Notes under the pieces: generated by a model
The model's database searches: none
What the model was told of the DNA's origin: nothing
What the model saw: the letters and a program-made list of their open reading frames with translations, nothing else
Part shown: one piece after another, positions 52,454 to 63,998 of the stretch
Position numbering within the stretch: position 1 is the stretch's first letter
How the letters are laid out: every line of letters begins with the position of its first letter
Translations under genes and position numbers: made by a program
Source: an uncultured Nitrospinota bacterium
Lineage (GTDB): Bacteria; Tectomicrobia; Entotheonellia; J063; CAVPRW01
NCBI GenBank assembly: GCA_963707985.1
Contig: CAVPRW010000002.1
Location: forward strand, 32,001-96,000
Length of the DNA stretch: 64,000 nt
Reading direction: 5' to 3'

Positions 52454-53458
52454 GGCCGAAGAGGGAGAGAAGTCTTTCCCGGTGCCGAAGAGATAGCAAG
52501 CCACCTGGCGTCCCGTGTCGCCGACGGGCAGCAGCGGTGGAGTGGCCGAGGCACAGATATCCATGGCATGCGGGCAACGGGTGCGAAAGCGGCATCCGGA
52601 GGGAGGATTGATCGGGTTCGGCGGGTCGCCGATGAGCGGTGGACGCTCGATGCGTTCATCGGGGTTCATCGACGGGGCAGAGGCGAAGAGCGCCTGGGTA
52701 TAGGGGTGCAGGGGGGTGGCGGAGACCTCTTCGGCGCTGCCGATCTCGACGATCTGTCCCAGATACATGACGAGTACGCGATCGCTCAGGTACTCGATGA
52801 CGTGCAGGTCGTGCGAGATGAATACGTAGGTCAAGCCCAGATCGTGCTTGAGTGTCTGCAGCAGGTTGAGCACTTGGGCTTGCACCGATTTGTCGAGCGA
52901 TGACACGGGTTCATCGAGCAGCACGAGTTTCGGATCCAGGACGAGCGCACGGGCGATGTTGACGCGCTGGCGTTGTCCACCGCTGAGCTCATGGGGGTAG
53001 CGGCGGCCAAACTGTTCGGCGCGCAGCCCCACCTTATGCAGAATATCCCACGCCTTGGCTCGGGCCTCACGGCGAGACGCCCCGTGGACAAGCGCGTTGA
53101 AGGCGACAGCATCTTCGATGTTCATGCGTGGATTGAGTGATGAGTAGGGATCCTGAAACACCATCTGCACCTGTCGGCGGTAGACCTTCATCCCAGCGGT
53201 AAAGACCTTGAGGATGTTCAGGCCTTCGAAGTACACCTCGCCTGCATCTGGCTCGATGAGGCGCAGCAACAGGCGCGCGGTGGTGGATTTCCCACACCCG
53301 GATTCGCCGACGATGCCCAGGATTTCACCGCGCCGCACGTCGAATGAGAGGCCATCGACTGCTTTCACCTCCGCTTGCATGGTATGAAAGAGCCCACCGC
53401 GGACCGGAAAATACTTACGCAGGTCGAGTACCCTCAACAGCAATTCGGTGCGTTCCAT
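52388..53458 (-). CDS. oppF: Oligopeptide/dipeptide ABC ATPase
   Basis: GESGCGKST, QMVFQDP, LSGGQRQR, DEPVSSLD, HPYT, GCRFRTRCP. Confidence 0.93.
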   Translation of the reverse strand: MERTELLLRVLDLRKYFPVRGGLFHTMQAEVKAVDGLSFDVRRGEILGIVGESGCGKSTTARLLLRLIEPDAGEVYFEGLNILKVFTAGMKVYRRQVQMVFQDPYSSLNPRMNIEDAVAFNALVHGASRREARAKAWDILHKVGLRAEQFGRRYPHELSGGQRQRVNIARALVLDPKLVLLDEPVSSLDKSVQAQVLNLLQTLKHDLGLTYVFISHDLHVIEYLSDRVLVMYLGQIVEIGSAEEVSATPLHPYTQALFASAPSMNPDERIERPPLIGDPPNPINPPSGCRFRTRCPHAMDICASATPPLLPVGDTGRQVACYLFGTGKDFSPSSASHPSQIQVDDLANPISEQVKG

Positions 53459-53514
53459 GCCAGCTCCGATAGCGTCGGAAGAAGTTTTCCAGAACTCGAT
53501 TGGTCAGCGGATCA

Positions 53515-54420
53515 CTACAACCGTACGTCCATGGCGTCTCGCAGGCCGTCACTCAACAGGTTGAACGACATCGAGGTCATAAAGATCATGACGCCGGGGA
53601 GGGCAGCCACGAGAGGATTCACGTAAATCGACCCCCGTAGCGTGTTCAGCATCAGCCCCCATTCAGCGTTCGGGGGAGACACTCCCAACCCCAGAAAGCT
53701 GAGGCCGGATGCAATGATGACGCTGACACTGATGAGGGTGCTGGCGTACACGAAAATTGGCGCCAGCACGTTAGCGATCATATGATGCCGGATGATGGCG
53801 AAGCTCCCGGCACCACTGGCTCTGGCCGCCTCCATGAATTCCCAGCCGCGCACCTGGGTGGTGATGCTTTCGGCGACGCGGGCGATCGGGGGAGTAAAGA
53901 CGATGGAAAGCGCGATGATCGTGTTCTTCAACCCGGCCCCTAAGGCTCCGGAGATGGCGATCGCAAGCAGGATGGACGGAAATGCGAAAAAGATATCCAC
54001 CACGCGCATAATCAGCAGATTGAGGCGCCCGCCCACGAAACCAGCCGTAATACCCAGCGTTGACCCGACGAGTAGGGCTAGGAGCACCGGTGTCACTCCG
54101 GCGACTAGCGACATCCGCCCGCCATACAGTAGTCGGGTGAGCATGTCGCGCCCCTGTTCATCGGTACCGAGCACATGGCCTGGGGTGCCAACCATGGCCA
54201 GCCGTTTTCGAATGCTGCCCTGGAAAGGGTCGTAGGGCGCGAGGGAGGACGCCAGGACGGCGGATAAGATGATCAGCAGGATCACTGCTGCGGCGACGAG
54301 CGTCACCTTGTCCCGGCGCAGTCGCCACCACACCAGCTGCCAGTACGACATCGGTTTGCCAGATGGCCCTTCAAGCAGCTCTTGCGTTGGTCTGGGCTGT
54401 TCGAGCACCGTCGGGTTCAC
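53515..54420 (-). CDS. oppC: Oligopeptide/dipeptide ABC permease
   Basis: LGTDEQGRD, EAARASGA, LSFLGLG, FNLLSDGLRDAMD. Confidence 0.93.
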   Translation of the reverse strand: MNPTVLEQPRPTQELLEGPSGKPMSYWQLVWWRLRRDKVTLVAAAVILLIILSAVLASSLAPYDPFQGSIRKRLAMVGTPGHVLGTDEQGRDMLTRLLYGGRMSLVAGVTPVLLALLVGSTLGITAGFVGGRLNLLIMRVVDIFFAFPSILLAIAISGALGAGLKNTIIALSIVFTPPIARVAESITTQVRGWEFMEAARASGAGSFAIIRHHMIANVLAPIFVYASTLISVSVIIASGLSFLGLGVSPPNAEWGLMLNTLRGSIYVNPLVAALPGVMIFMTSMSFNLLSDGLRDAMDVRL

Positions 54421-54509
54421 ATCGCTCTCCCCATACCGCCATCACAGCTACGACGGAAATTCACACTGCTCATCTGCATCCGTTCATGGCCGCGACCCAC
54501 GGGCGTTCT

Positions 54510-55460
54510 CTAGGTTCGCCGAATGCGTGGATCGACGAGGCTTTGCACGATATCGACCAGAAGGTTGAGCATAACAAAGAACGACGCCAGCACGAGAATC
54601 GTCCCCTGGAGGACGGGAAAATCGCGCTGAAATATGGCTAAGTTCAAAAGATACCCCGACCCCGGCCAGCTGAAAACCGTCTCCACCAGCACTGAGCCCC
54701 CCAGCAAGTAGCCAAATTGTAAGCCCATGAGCGTCAAGACAGGGGGTGCAGCGTTCTTGACGATATGACGCGTGATGGTACGCGACCATAATCCTTTGGC
54801 ACGCAGGGTCATGACGAATTCCTGGCTCAGGATCTCCAGCACGCTGGCCCGCGCCATGCGGGTGATGACACCCATGGGAATCAGGGCCAGAGCAATGGTG
54901 GGGAGGATCATATGGCGGGCGACTTCCCCCCAGCCTGCCGACGCGGAATCGGTGCTTTGCATGCCCATCGCCGGTAACCAGTTCAATTCCACTGAGAAAA
55001 TGATGATCAGCAGAATGGCCACCCAGTAGTGCGGCAGGCTGACCCCGGTAATGGCGGCGGCGCTGAACATTTTATCCGCCCATCGTCCGCGGGAGAAGGC
55101 AGCGAAACTGCCGAGCGTGCCCCCCAGCGTAAAGCCCAGGCAGGCAGCAGCTAAGGCTAAGATAAAGGTGTTTCCCAAGGCGCTACGGATGTCCTGGATG
55201 ACCGGCCGCCTTGTGGCGATCGAGCGGCCCAGGTCGCCCTGCGCCACCCGCGATAGCCACAACCAATACTGCACGGGTAATGGTCGGTCAAAGCCCATCT
55301 GCTGCCGGATCATCTGCACCACTTCCTGTGGGGCATCGGGTGGCAACATGGCACTGATAGGATCACCCGGGGCCAGGTGCATGAGCGAGAAGACGATGAG
55401 GGTTACGCCCAGGAGCGTCGGGATGCCGAGGAGCAGCCGTCTGACGATATACCCCCACAT
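54510..55460 (-). CDS. oppB: Oligopeptide/dipeptide ABC permease
   Basis: PGDP, GDLGRS, RAKGL, VETVFSWPG, DPRIR. Confidence 0.93.
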   Translation of the reverse strand: MWGYIVRRLLLGIPTLLGVTLIVFSLMHLAPGDPISAMLPPDAPQEVVQMIRQQMGFDRPLPVQYWLWLSRVAQGDLGRSIATRRPVIQDIRSALGNTFILALAAACLGFTLGGTLGSFAAFSRGRWADKMFSAAAITGVSLPHYWVAILLIIIFSVELNWLPAMGMQSTDSASAGWGEVARHMILPTIALALIPMGVITRMARASVLEILSQEFVMTLRAKGLWSRTITRHIVKNAAPPVLTLMGLQFGYLLGGSVLVETVFSWPGSGYLLNLAIFQRDFPVLQGTILVLASFFVMLNLLVDIVQSLVDPRIRRT

Positions 55461-55471
55461 AGGTTAACCTC

Positions 55472-56030
55472 TTATTTTTCCACCCATGGCAGCGTCAGGT
55501 CCACGAACCACGACTGCGGGTGTACAAAACCCTTGACTTTGGGGCTCAGGGCTCGTGGGTTCAGATCGTGGACGATGAACACCCACGGCGCATCATCGAC
55601 GATGATTTCGTGCGCTTTGGCCAGGATCTGGTTTTGTTTGTCGAGGTCGAACTCGCTCTCGGCCGCCTCGATCAGCCGGTCCATGTCAGGGTTAAGATAC
55701 GGCATGCGATTGGCGCCGGCTGGCGGCACAGAGGCACTATGGAAGAAGCGTACGAAGGCGCTCTGGGGTTCCTGAAAATTATAAGAGATGTTCATCCCGC
55801 CCAACTGTGCATTGTCGGGATGCATAAGCCCCTGGCGACCCCGCTGTGTGAGCGCATTCCACTCGATGGTCACGAGATCGAGATCGATGCCGACTTCACG
55901 CAGGTTCTCCTGGACCGACTCGTTCATCGGCAGGGGGAGCATCTGACCGGAGCCGGACGTGGAGATGAGCATGCTCGTCTTCACCCGTGACAAGTCCCAG
56001 CGCACCAGGGCATCGGACAAGGGGGACGCG
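55472..56030 (-). pseudogene. Internally deleted family 5 SBP (paralog of 56125..57766)
   Basis: N-terminal DALVRWDLSR fused directly to KTSMLISTSGSGQM; C-terminal third retained (..QSWFVDLTLPWVEK). Confidence 0.82.
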
Positions 56031-56124
56031 ATTGATTGCGCCCTCCTTTGCCTGTTGCCATGCCTGTTCCGATTGGTGGTGATCGGATCGGTGTATACGT
56101 GCACGCGGATGGGCGCAGAGCCGC

Positions 56125-57766
56125 TCATTTCTCGACCCAGGGTAAGGTCAAATCTTGGTACCACGACTGCGCCTGCACAAAACCCTTGACTTTCGGACTC
56201 AAGGCACGTGGATTCAGATCGTGGACGATGAAGATCCATGGTGCATCATCCACGACGATTTCGTTTACCTTGGCCAGGAGACGGTCGCGTTCGGCCGGGT
56301 CAAACGTGACTTCCGATTGATCGATGAGCCGGTCGACCTCGGGGTTGACATACGGCGAAAGGTTGGTGGATTTGGGCGGTGCGAAGTCGCTATGGAAGAA
56401 CCGGGTGAAGGCGCTGAAGGGCTCTGCGAAACCAAACGACACGTTGACCATGCCGATGTTGGCATTCTCAGGGTCCCGAAAGCCCTTGCGATAACGCGTC
56501 CGCAACGTGTTCCACTCGAGGGGAATGATCTCGAGGTCAATGCCGACCTCGCGCCAGTTCTCTTGAATGAATTCGTTCATGGGCAAGGGCATCATCTGCC
56601 CAGACCCCGATGTGGACGTGAGCACGCTGGTCTTGAGGCGTTTCCCGGCATACCCTGCTTGTTTCAAAAGCTCTTTAGCTTTTTGCGGGTTGTAGCTGTA
56701 CTCCTGCTTCGGCTGGCCGAACCAGGGATGTCCGGGGTAGACCGCACCCGTCGCCGGCATACACGTGTCATTGAGGAGGGCCTTGCACAGTCCCTCACGG
56801 TCGATGGCGTAATTGGCAGCCTGGCGGACGAGCTTGTTATTCCAGGGCTCGATGTTGAGGTTGAGTGAGTAGGGCCAGTTATGGGGATAGGGACGCACGA
56901 TAATTTGGAAGCCGTCGCGCTTGAGCCCGGAGATGGCGTCCGGAGGGGGCACCTCGATGAAGTCCACCTGTCCGGTGCGCAGTGCAGCCATACGCGTCGT
57001 GGATTCGGGCATGGGGAAGAGCATCAGCTTGTCGACCTTGGGCACGCGTTGTGGTATCCCAATACTCGGTGAAAGGTTCCAACTCCAGTCGCTCTCGGGG
57101 CAGAAGGCGGGCGAACTTGAAGGGGCCGGTCCCGGCAGGGTTCAGCGCGACCTTGCTCCAATCCCGACCCATCTTTTCCCATTGGGTTGGACTACTGTAT
57201 AAAATCGTGCAGACCTGGAAGAGGACGGTGCTCGAAGGACGACTCGTGGTGATCTCGACCGTGTAGTCATCGAGCTTGCGCCAGCTTTTCACCAGAGGCG
57301 CCCTCCAGATCACCTCGGCGGCTTGTTTCGGATCGTACTGGGGGGACTCTTTATTCTTGACTTTATCCAGATTCCAGATGACCGCATCAGCATTGAAATC
57401 CGTGCCATCGTGGAACTTTACGCCCTGGCGCAAGTAGAAAATCCACTTGGTCGGATCATCAGCGCGGACCTCCCAGCGCTCGGCTAGGCCGGGCATCAGC
57501 TCTGCCGGCCGATCGCCCTGGCGTAGGTCCCAGTTGACGAGGGCATCATACATCTGATAGCCGACGAAGCGTAAACCTTCGCCCCCCTGATCTGGTTGCC
57601 CTGCCGTATTCGGGATATCCGAGGCCGTCATGCCGATGCGCAGCACGCCGCCGCGACCTTGCGCAGTTGCGGTTGGTTGCCATAGCAGCAGACTGGATAT
57701 GATGAACAGGCTGAGGCTCAAGAGTATTTTTGGGCAGGGATGCGAGTGCGTCTGCACGTGCGCCAT
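56125..57766 (-). pseudogene. Family 5 SBP of the opp/dpp operon, one frameshift near 57048
   Basis: ORFs 56879..57829 and 56125..57045 join into a full SBP; GGAGG RBS before ATG 57766. Confidence 0.88.
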
Positions 57767-58036
57767 TCTTGCGTCCCTCCAAAGGCCACGGGGGCCATGG
57801 TGTGAGCAGGTCATCATGCGGTCGGCCACCGAGGACCGATTGACGACCTGCTCTCCTACACAAGAATGATGCCACGTCGGATGTGAGCATGAGAGCTGGC
57901 CCGAGGCCCGGTCATGACGCGGTGCAGCGCGATGGTGGGCACCGACGAGGAGGCAGAGATCATGCCATCATCTTACGCATGTCGCGAGAAACCAGGCACA
58001 TATGTGCCTGCGAAATATGCAGGTGGGGGTGGGCGG

Positions 58037-59011
58037 CTAGCGCTGTGCCGTCTCCAGTAAGAAACAGCGCGCCATATGTACCGACGACACGTGATAGGTT
58101 TCGGGGAAGGACTCTTGGCAACGCTCGTGCACGGACGGACAGCGTGCCGCAAAACTACAGCCTTCGGGCAGACGTGTCAGGTCGGGGGGCTGGCCAGGGA
58201 TGGGGACGAGATCACGCCCTTTCATGCCACGATGTACCGTGGCGTTCATCAGACCTTGCGTGTAGGGATGTGCGGGAGCTTTCAGCACCTGACGCACGGG
58301 ACCGTATTCGACGATGCGTCCGGCATACATCACTGCCACCTCATCGGCGACCTCGGCGGCCACCCCCAGATCGTGGGTGACGAAGATCACCGCCATCCCC
58401 AGGCGTTCCTGCAATTCCCGCAGCAAATAGAGGATCTGCGCTTGCACCGTGACATCGAGTGCCGTTGTCGGCTCATCCGCCAGCAGCAATTCTGGATTGC
58501 AGGCCAGGGCAATGGCGATCATGGCACGCTGCCGCATGCCACCGCTCATCTCGTGGGGATAGGATTTGAGCCGCCGAGCAGGCGAGGGGATCTGCACGGT
58601 TTCCAGGAGCTCTAACGCCCGGCGTTGTGCTTGTTTCCGTGACATCTCCTGGTGCCGCACGAGAGTCTCGACGATCTGCTCGCCCACGGTATAGACCGGG
58701 TCCAGGGCAGTCATCGGCTCCTGGAAGATCATCGACACCAGACCACCACGGATATCCTGCACCTCATGCTCAGGCAACTCATAGAGGTCCATACCCTTGA
58801 GCAGGATTTCTCCACTGATACGCGTCCGTACCGTGGGTAACAGCCGCACCAACGAGCGTAATGTGACGCTCTTTCCCGAGCCCGACTCACCCAGAATGGT
58901 GAGCACGCGGCCCGCTTCCAGACTAAAGGTAATGCCGTTGACGGCCTTGACGATGCCGTCCCGTGTCGTAAACTCGACCTGCAAATCTTTGACTTCGACG
59001 AGTGGTGCCAT
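58037..59011 (-). CDS. oppD: Oligopeptide/dipeptide ABC ATPase
   Basis: [35 protein letters not shown]. Confidence 0.93.
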   Translation of the reverse strand: MAPLVEVKDLQVEFTTRDGIVKAVNGITFSLEAGRVLTILGESGSGKSVTLRSLVRLLPTVRTRISGEILLKGMDLYELPEHEVQDIRGGLVSMIFQEPMTALDPVYTVGEQIVETLVRHQEMSRKQAQRRALELLETVQIPSPARRLKSYPHEMSGGMRQRAMIAIALACNPELLLADEPTTALDVTVQAQILYLLRELQERLGMAVIFVTHDLGVAAEVADEVAVMYAGRIVEYGPVRQVLKAPAHPYTQGLMNATVHRGMKGRDLVPIPGQPPDLTRLPEGCSFAARCPSVHERCQESFPETYHVSSVHMARCFLLETAQR

Positions 59012-59566
59012 GGGTATGGGTTCCGTTCATGATTCGCCATCAGGTGGTAAGAGCCCCCATATTGCAGGCTGGCATGACGTCTCATGGCTCGCCATGGTGG
59101 ACCGGTGGCCCCACGATGGCGGATATCCGTGTGAGCCTCGCCAGTGAGCGACGCAACTGTACCACATCCTGGCTCGATGTCTCAGGGCATAGACCCTTGC
59201 ATGGGACAAGAATGATGCCAGAACAACGTCGACGTATGGAAGGACAGAAGAGAGGCTTTATGCCTGGCCTTGGAGCCCTCCTGTCGTCAGATCCTTCCAA
59301 TAGATTAGCGTTCAACTTGCGCAGTGAGCGGGCATGCTTGCTGGAAGCTGCCGGAGAAATAAGCAGTCCGTTAGTCATACGCATGCCACATGCCAGTCAG
59401 ATCGTAGTGCAAGGCCGTATCCTCTGTATTAAGATTATTCCGTCCATCTCTTGTCTGAAGCTGAGTCCGAAGTACTTCTTACCGGCGCGATTAGATCAAA
59501 AAATATCTATTACGATCAATAATTGCTCCGTCTAACAGAAATCAAGTTTATCCGCTTGTTCGATAA

Positions 59567-59575
59567 TGCTATACT
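59567..59575 (+). promoter_or_regulatory. Extended -10 promoter upstream of the helicase
   Basis: TGcTATACT about 110 nt upstream of ATG 59687. Confidence 0.4.
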
Positions 59576-59686
59576 GCGGCTCGCAAGGCAAGTGAGTGAT
59601 CTTGTTGATGTAAAGACTGAATCCATGTGGGCGAGCGTGGTAGACGCCTCAGTCGGAGGGTCTATCGGCTTCAGAAAGCTCCAACC

Positions 59687-62680
59687 ATGCCTGAGCAGGC
59701 TGCCATCACTCCTGGAATTCGCATCGTATGTCGCGACGCCGAATGGCTGGTGACGCGCGTGGACGTATCGGATTACGCCAACGGCCATTTTGCCGTCCAC
59801 TGCGTTGGCGCCGATGACCTGGTGCGGGGTCACCAGGCGATGTTTCTGACCCAGCTCGATCGCATCGAGGTCGTCGATCCGCGCCAGACACGCCTGGTAG
59901 CTGATGCATCGCATGGTTATCGGCTCGCCAAGCTTTTCCTGGAAGCACAGCTCCGGCAAATGCCCGCGACGGGCATCGAGCCCGATCTGACCGGCATGGG
60001 TGTGTTCAAACCCATGAGGTTTCAAGAGGAAACCGTTCGCAGAGCGCTGCTGCAGCTCCGCCCCCGGCTGCTATTAGCCGATGCTGTTGGGTTGGGCAAG
60101 ACAATTCAGGTGGGAATGATCCTTACCGAGCTCCTCCGCCGCGGCCGAGCCAATCGTATTCTGGTGCTGGCCAGGAAATCGATGCTGACGCAATTCCAGG
60201 CAGAGCTCTGGAATCGGTTTAACATTCCATTGGTCCGGCTCGATTCGACTGGCATCGCTCGGCTGCGTCTGCGCATTCCCGCCAATAAAAACCCTTTCGA
60301 GGTGTACCATCGGGTGATCATCAGCCTCGACACCCTGAAAAACGTCGCCCGCTATGAGCATTTCCTGAAGGACACGCATTGGGATGTTGTCATCATCGAT
60401 GAGGCGCATAATGTGGCGGGTGCCAGCGTCCCCGAGCGCCATCTCAGCTATCGCCTGGCGCGCCTGCTGGCACGCCGGACCGATAGTCTGCTCCTAACCA
60501 CGGCCACGCCGCACAACGGCAAGCGGGAAACCTTCGGCCGCTTGATCGCGTTGCTCGATCCGTCCGCTATCCCCGATCCGTCCTTTAGAGAATATGCGGC
60601 GCACGACATCAAAGACTTCTTCCTCATGCGCTTCAAGGAGGATATCCGCGTGGAAGCCGGTGGAATGCTGGCGGAACGACGTGTCGTGCCGCTGCAGGAA
60701 ACAACCGTCGAAGCCACGCCAGCGGAAGAGCGCATCTATGCCATCCTGGCCGACCTGCGTCAGGCTATGCTGTCGGACACGCCGCCTAGTCACGACACGC
60801 GTCATCAGTGGCAGGCCCAAGCCCTGCTGCAGTATGGCCTCTACAAGTTGTTTCTCTCCAGCCCTGAGGCCTGCCTCGCGACGGTCAACAAACGGCTGCA
60901 CGAACGGCAAGGAGCTATCGAGGCAAGCCCCGAGCTTCCCTACCTGCAAGAGCTCAGCACACATCTGTCAGACCTCACCATTAATCAGACCGCGCGCTAC
61001 GTGCTCTTGCAGCGTCAGCTCGAGCAAATCGGCTGGGACGGATCGGCCGCCAGTCCCCGTCTGCTGATCTTTACCGAATCGCGACGCACCCAGGACGCTC
61101 TAGCTGCTGCTCTCGCACGAGCCTTGCACCTCCACTACAGCCCAAGATTCGAGGATCAGCCGCGTCAAGTCATCGCCACCATCCATGGTGGCTGCCCCGA
61201 TATTCATCTCATGAATACTGTCGAAGCCTTCGCCACGAGAGCATCACCAGTCCGGCTACTGCTGGCCACTGACGTCGCCTCCGAGGGCATCAACTTACAC
61301 CACGAATGCCACCACATCATTCATTTTGACTTGCCCTGGTCGATCATCACCTTCATCCAGCGCAACGGCCGCATCGATCGCCTGGGGCAGACCCAGCCGC
61401 CGATCATACGCTACCTGATGGTACAGACTCAGCAGGGGCTGCTGCAAGGAGATAGGGTGATCTTCGAGCGCTTGATCAGCAAGGTCGAGGAGATCAATCG
61501 CCTGCGGCAGTCCGGCGAAAGCGTCCTCCAACTGTATGACCCTCAGGCCGAAGAGGATTACATCGCCACCCATGGTATCCTCACGGGCAATGCCCGGGTC
61601 CTGGATACTCCGGCCGCCGCCAGCGCGACGGAGTCTACCCTCCTGGAGGCAATGTTAAGCCAGGCCAGCCAGGAAGGTCATGCCGAGCTGTTGCGATTTC
61701 TCCTGGGCACATCTGACGATGCCGCTGCGGAGCAATCAACAATGGCGCCCGCACATGCCCCTGGACGCCTGCGGCTCTACTCAGACCGCCAGTTTCTGCT
61801 GGAGGGCTATCGCTATCTCGCTGAGCAAGACTCGCAGTATTTGCCCATCCAGGAGTCAGGGCCGCTACTGATCCTCAGCGCTCCCCACGATCTCAAGCGC
61901 CGCCTGGGGGCTTCTGACCAGCGCGGCGACGTCGTCTTCGGTGCCACGGCCATCCCGCAAGAAGCCTGGCCAGAGCATGACCAGTTCCGCCTGACCGATA
62001 AGCCGGAGCAAGTCGAGCTGGCTATGCAGGCAGCTCGGCAGACATCCGGGTACTGGTCACGTGAACTGCTCTGTAGCGAGCAACATCCGATCCTACACTG
62101 GCTGACCGAGCGGCTAGTGATGCAGATTCGCCGCGGTGAGGCCCCATTTGTGCTATCACGGGCGCTGGAGCCGGGAGAAGTATGCTTCTGCTTCATCGGC
62201 CAGGTGAGCTCGCGCGCTGGCACGCCGTTGATCGTCGATGCCCACGCCATCTCGTTTCACCGAGGCGGTCGATTCGTGCATCGCCCCTTGCGTGAGGCTC
62301 TCGACGCGGCGCAATTCACGCATCTGATCAATACGGGGCAGATGCTCAACCTGCAAGTTGCTCAGATGCTCGTTTCATCTGCGGTTGATGCCAGCCTGGA
62401 CCACATGCGTCGCCTGCAGCAGGAGCGTGATAGGTCCATGCGGCCGTTGCTTCACAGGGAAGAGGAGCGGCTTCAGGAGTGGCGCAAGCGCCGCCGCGAG
62501 CTGCTGGAGGAACGTATCGCCAACCTCGGCAGCGACCACCCGCAAGCCCGCCGCTATCAGCGCCTACTGGAGGAAATGGAGGAATACGTCAAAGACCGAC
62601 AGCAACGCTGGCGCGACACCCACTTTCTGCCCGTTTCCGAGCCCTCGAACCGGCTGATTCTGGTCCTTGGAGGACCATAG
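59687..62680 (+). CDS. SNF2/RapA-like SF2 helicase (DrmD/ArmA-like)
   Basis: LADAVGLGKT, IIDEAH, TATPH, ATDVASEGINL, QRNGRIDR motifs; coiled-coil C-terminus. Confidence 0.9.
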   Translation: MPEQAAITPGIRIVCRDAEWLVTRVDVSDYANGHFAVHCVGADDLVRGHQAMFLTQLDRIEVVDPRQTRLVADASHGYRLAKLFLEAQLRQMPATGIEPDLTGMGVFKPMRFQEETVRRALLQLRPRLLLADAVGLGKTIQVGMILTELLRRGRANRILVLARKSMLTQFQAELWNRFNIPLVRLDSTGIARLRLRIPANKNPFEVYHRVIISLDTLKNVARYEHFLKDTHWDVVIIDEAHNVAGASVPERHLSYRLARLLARRTDSLLLTTATPHNGKRETFGRLIALLDPSAIPDPSFREYAAHDIKDFFLMRFKEDIRVEAGGMLAERRVVPLQETTVEATPAEERIYAILADLRQAMLSDTPPSHDTRHQWQAQALLQYGLYKLFLSSPEACLATVNKRLHERQGAIEASPELPYLQELSTHLSDLTINQTARYVLLQRQLEQIGWDGSAASPRLLIFTESRRTQDALAAALARALHLHYSPRFEDQPRQVIATIHGGCPDIHLMNTVEAFATRASPVRLLLATDVASEGINLHHECHHIIHFDLPWSIITFIQRNGRIDRLGQTQPPIIRYLMVQTQQGLLQGDRVIFERLISKVEEINRLRQSGESVLQLYDPQAEEDYIATHGILTGNARVLDTPAAASATESTLLEAMLSQASQEGHAELLRFLLGTSDDAAAEQSTMAPAHAPGRLRLYSDRQFLLEGYRYLAEQDSQYLPIQESGPLLILSAPHDLKRRLGASDQRGDVVFGATAIPQEAWPEHDQFRLTDKPEQVELAMQAARQTSGYWSRELLCSEQHPILHWLTERLVMQIRRGEAPFVLSRALEPGEVCFCFIGQVSSRAGTPLIVDAHAISFHRGGRFVHRPLREALDAAQFTHLINTGQMLNLQVAQMLVSSAVDASLDHMRRLQQERDRSMRPLLHREEERLQEWRKRRRELLEERIANLGSDHPQARRYQRLLEEMEEYVKDRQQRWRDTHFLPVSEPSNRLILVLGGP

Positions 62681-62742
62681 AGACCGCTCGATACTCGCTC
62701 TTGGCCGGTTTCTTCCTTTCCCTTTGGGAGAACTTTCGAGGC

Positions 62743-62789
62743 TAGGTTTTTCGTCCCCTCTCCCTCTGGGAGAGGGTTAGGGTGAGGGA
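62743..62789. repeat. REP-like palindrome
   Basis: 46/47 nt identical to 11991-12037. Confidence 0.75.
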
Positions 62790-62837
62790 GCTGAGCGGGG
62801 GCACTGGCGCATTCGTACCCGGCCACGGAGGCTCGTC

Positions 62838-63998
62838 ATGCCGCTCGATACCTGCCTGCAGAACGTCGGTGAATACTACAGCTCGCACTATCTGGAGACG
62901 ACCTTCGCCGGCGACGTGCGTCAGCTGATCGCTAAATGGCGGCAGCAGGGCTCCCAGGCGATTCCACGTCGGCTGCAGGCCTTCGCGCAACGATATTTTC
63001 GCGCCAAGAGCCAGGCCCTGGAGGAGGATCGCCCGGAGCGGCGTTGGCAAGCGGGCGCTGACATAACCTCCTGGCACCCCTATCTTCTTGAGACGCTTGG
63101 CTATCGCAGCCTGACAGGCATGGACCTCCACGTCGAAGGCGGTACTGCTGTGGTGCCCATCGTTGGACGTATCCAGCGCTACAACCAACCGTGGCTCGTC
63201 ATCTGCGAAACCGTCTTTTGCCTGCCCGATGCCAGCCTGCGCGATGGCATGCCCAGTGAAGATCCACTAGAGTTGTCACTGCTTCAGGCGCAGGTGTGTG
63301 CCTCTGCCACCACGCTCTGTGCCGGGGACTGGAGCCATGCCATCGGCCGTATCTTCACCGACGAGGAGGCGCCACGTTGGGTGCTGTTCCTGGCCGGCAG
63401 CCTCGTCCTGCTTCTTGATAAGCATACCTTTGCTCAGGGGCGCTATCTGGCCTTTGACCTCGACGATGCCTATGGTCGCGACGAGCGCCAGACCTTCGAC
63501 CATCTCGCCGCCTTCTTGTCGGCAGAGACGCTCTGTCCTGATGGCGAGTCGGACGACGTGTTACACGATAGGCTGGAGGCGCAAAGCCATCGCTTTGCGC
63601 ACGGCGTGACGGAGAATCTGCAATTCGCCGTGCGCCAGGCCATCGAGCTGCTCGCCAACGAATGGGTGGATGATCGCCGCCGACGCAAGCTGTCCTATAC
63701 GCGGCTGTTACAACACGAAGCCCTGCCCGATGGCACCGTAGACGTCACCGCTGAGCGCATACAGCGTGAAGCGCTGACGTTCGTCTACCGGCTCCTCTTC
63801 TGTTTCTATGCTGAGGCGCGCGGCGGCGAGATGGGTATGCTACCGATCACCGACGAGGCGTATCGCCTCGGCTATAGCCTCGAGGCCGTGCGGGATCTCG
63901 AACAGGTGCCACTGACGCCGGCCACCGAAGAGGGGACGTACTTTCAGGAGCATCTGCGCCAGCTCTTCCGGATCATCCACGACGGGTTTCAGCCAGGC
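62838..63998 (+). CDS. Large type IIG/Eco57I-like DNA methyltransferase (DrmMI/ArmB-like), N-terminal part, runs off the right edge
   Basis: GGAGG RBS; manual translation MPLDTCLQNVGEYYSSHYLE...GVTENLQFAVRQAIELLANEW...VYRLLFCFYAEAR...YSLEAVRDL, open to the window end. Catalytic MTase motifs would lie beyond the window. Confidence 0.75.
   Translation, partial: MPLDTCLQNVGEYYSSHYLETTFAGDVRQLIAKWRQQGSQAIPRRLQAFAQRYFRAKSQALEEDRPERRWQAGADITSWHPYLLETLGYRSLTGMDLHVEGGTAVVPIVGRIQRYNQPWLVICETVFCLPDASLRDGMPSEDPLELSLLQAQVCASATTLCAGDWSHAIGRIFTDEEAPRWVLFLAGSLVLLLDKHTFAQGRYLAFDLDDAYGRDERQTFDHLAAFLSAETLCPDGESDDVLHDRLEAQSHRFAHGVTENLQFAVRQAIELLANEWVDDRRRRKLSYTRLLQHEALPDGTVDVTAERIQREALTFVYRLLFCFYAEARGGEMGMLPITDEAYRLGYSLEAVRDLEQVPLTPATEEGTYFQEHLRQLFRIIHDGFQPG

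Noticed and set aside
59380..59395. Sigma54-like motif TGGCATGtggcATGCG upstream of oppD
   Set aside because: Weak -12 element and far from the start codon; may be chance.
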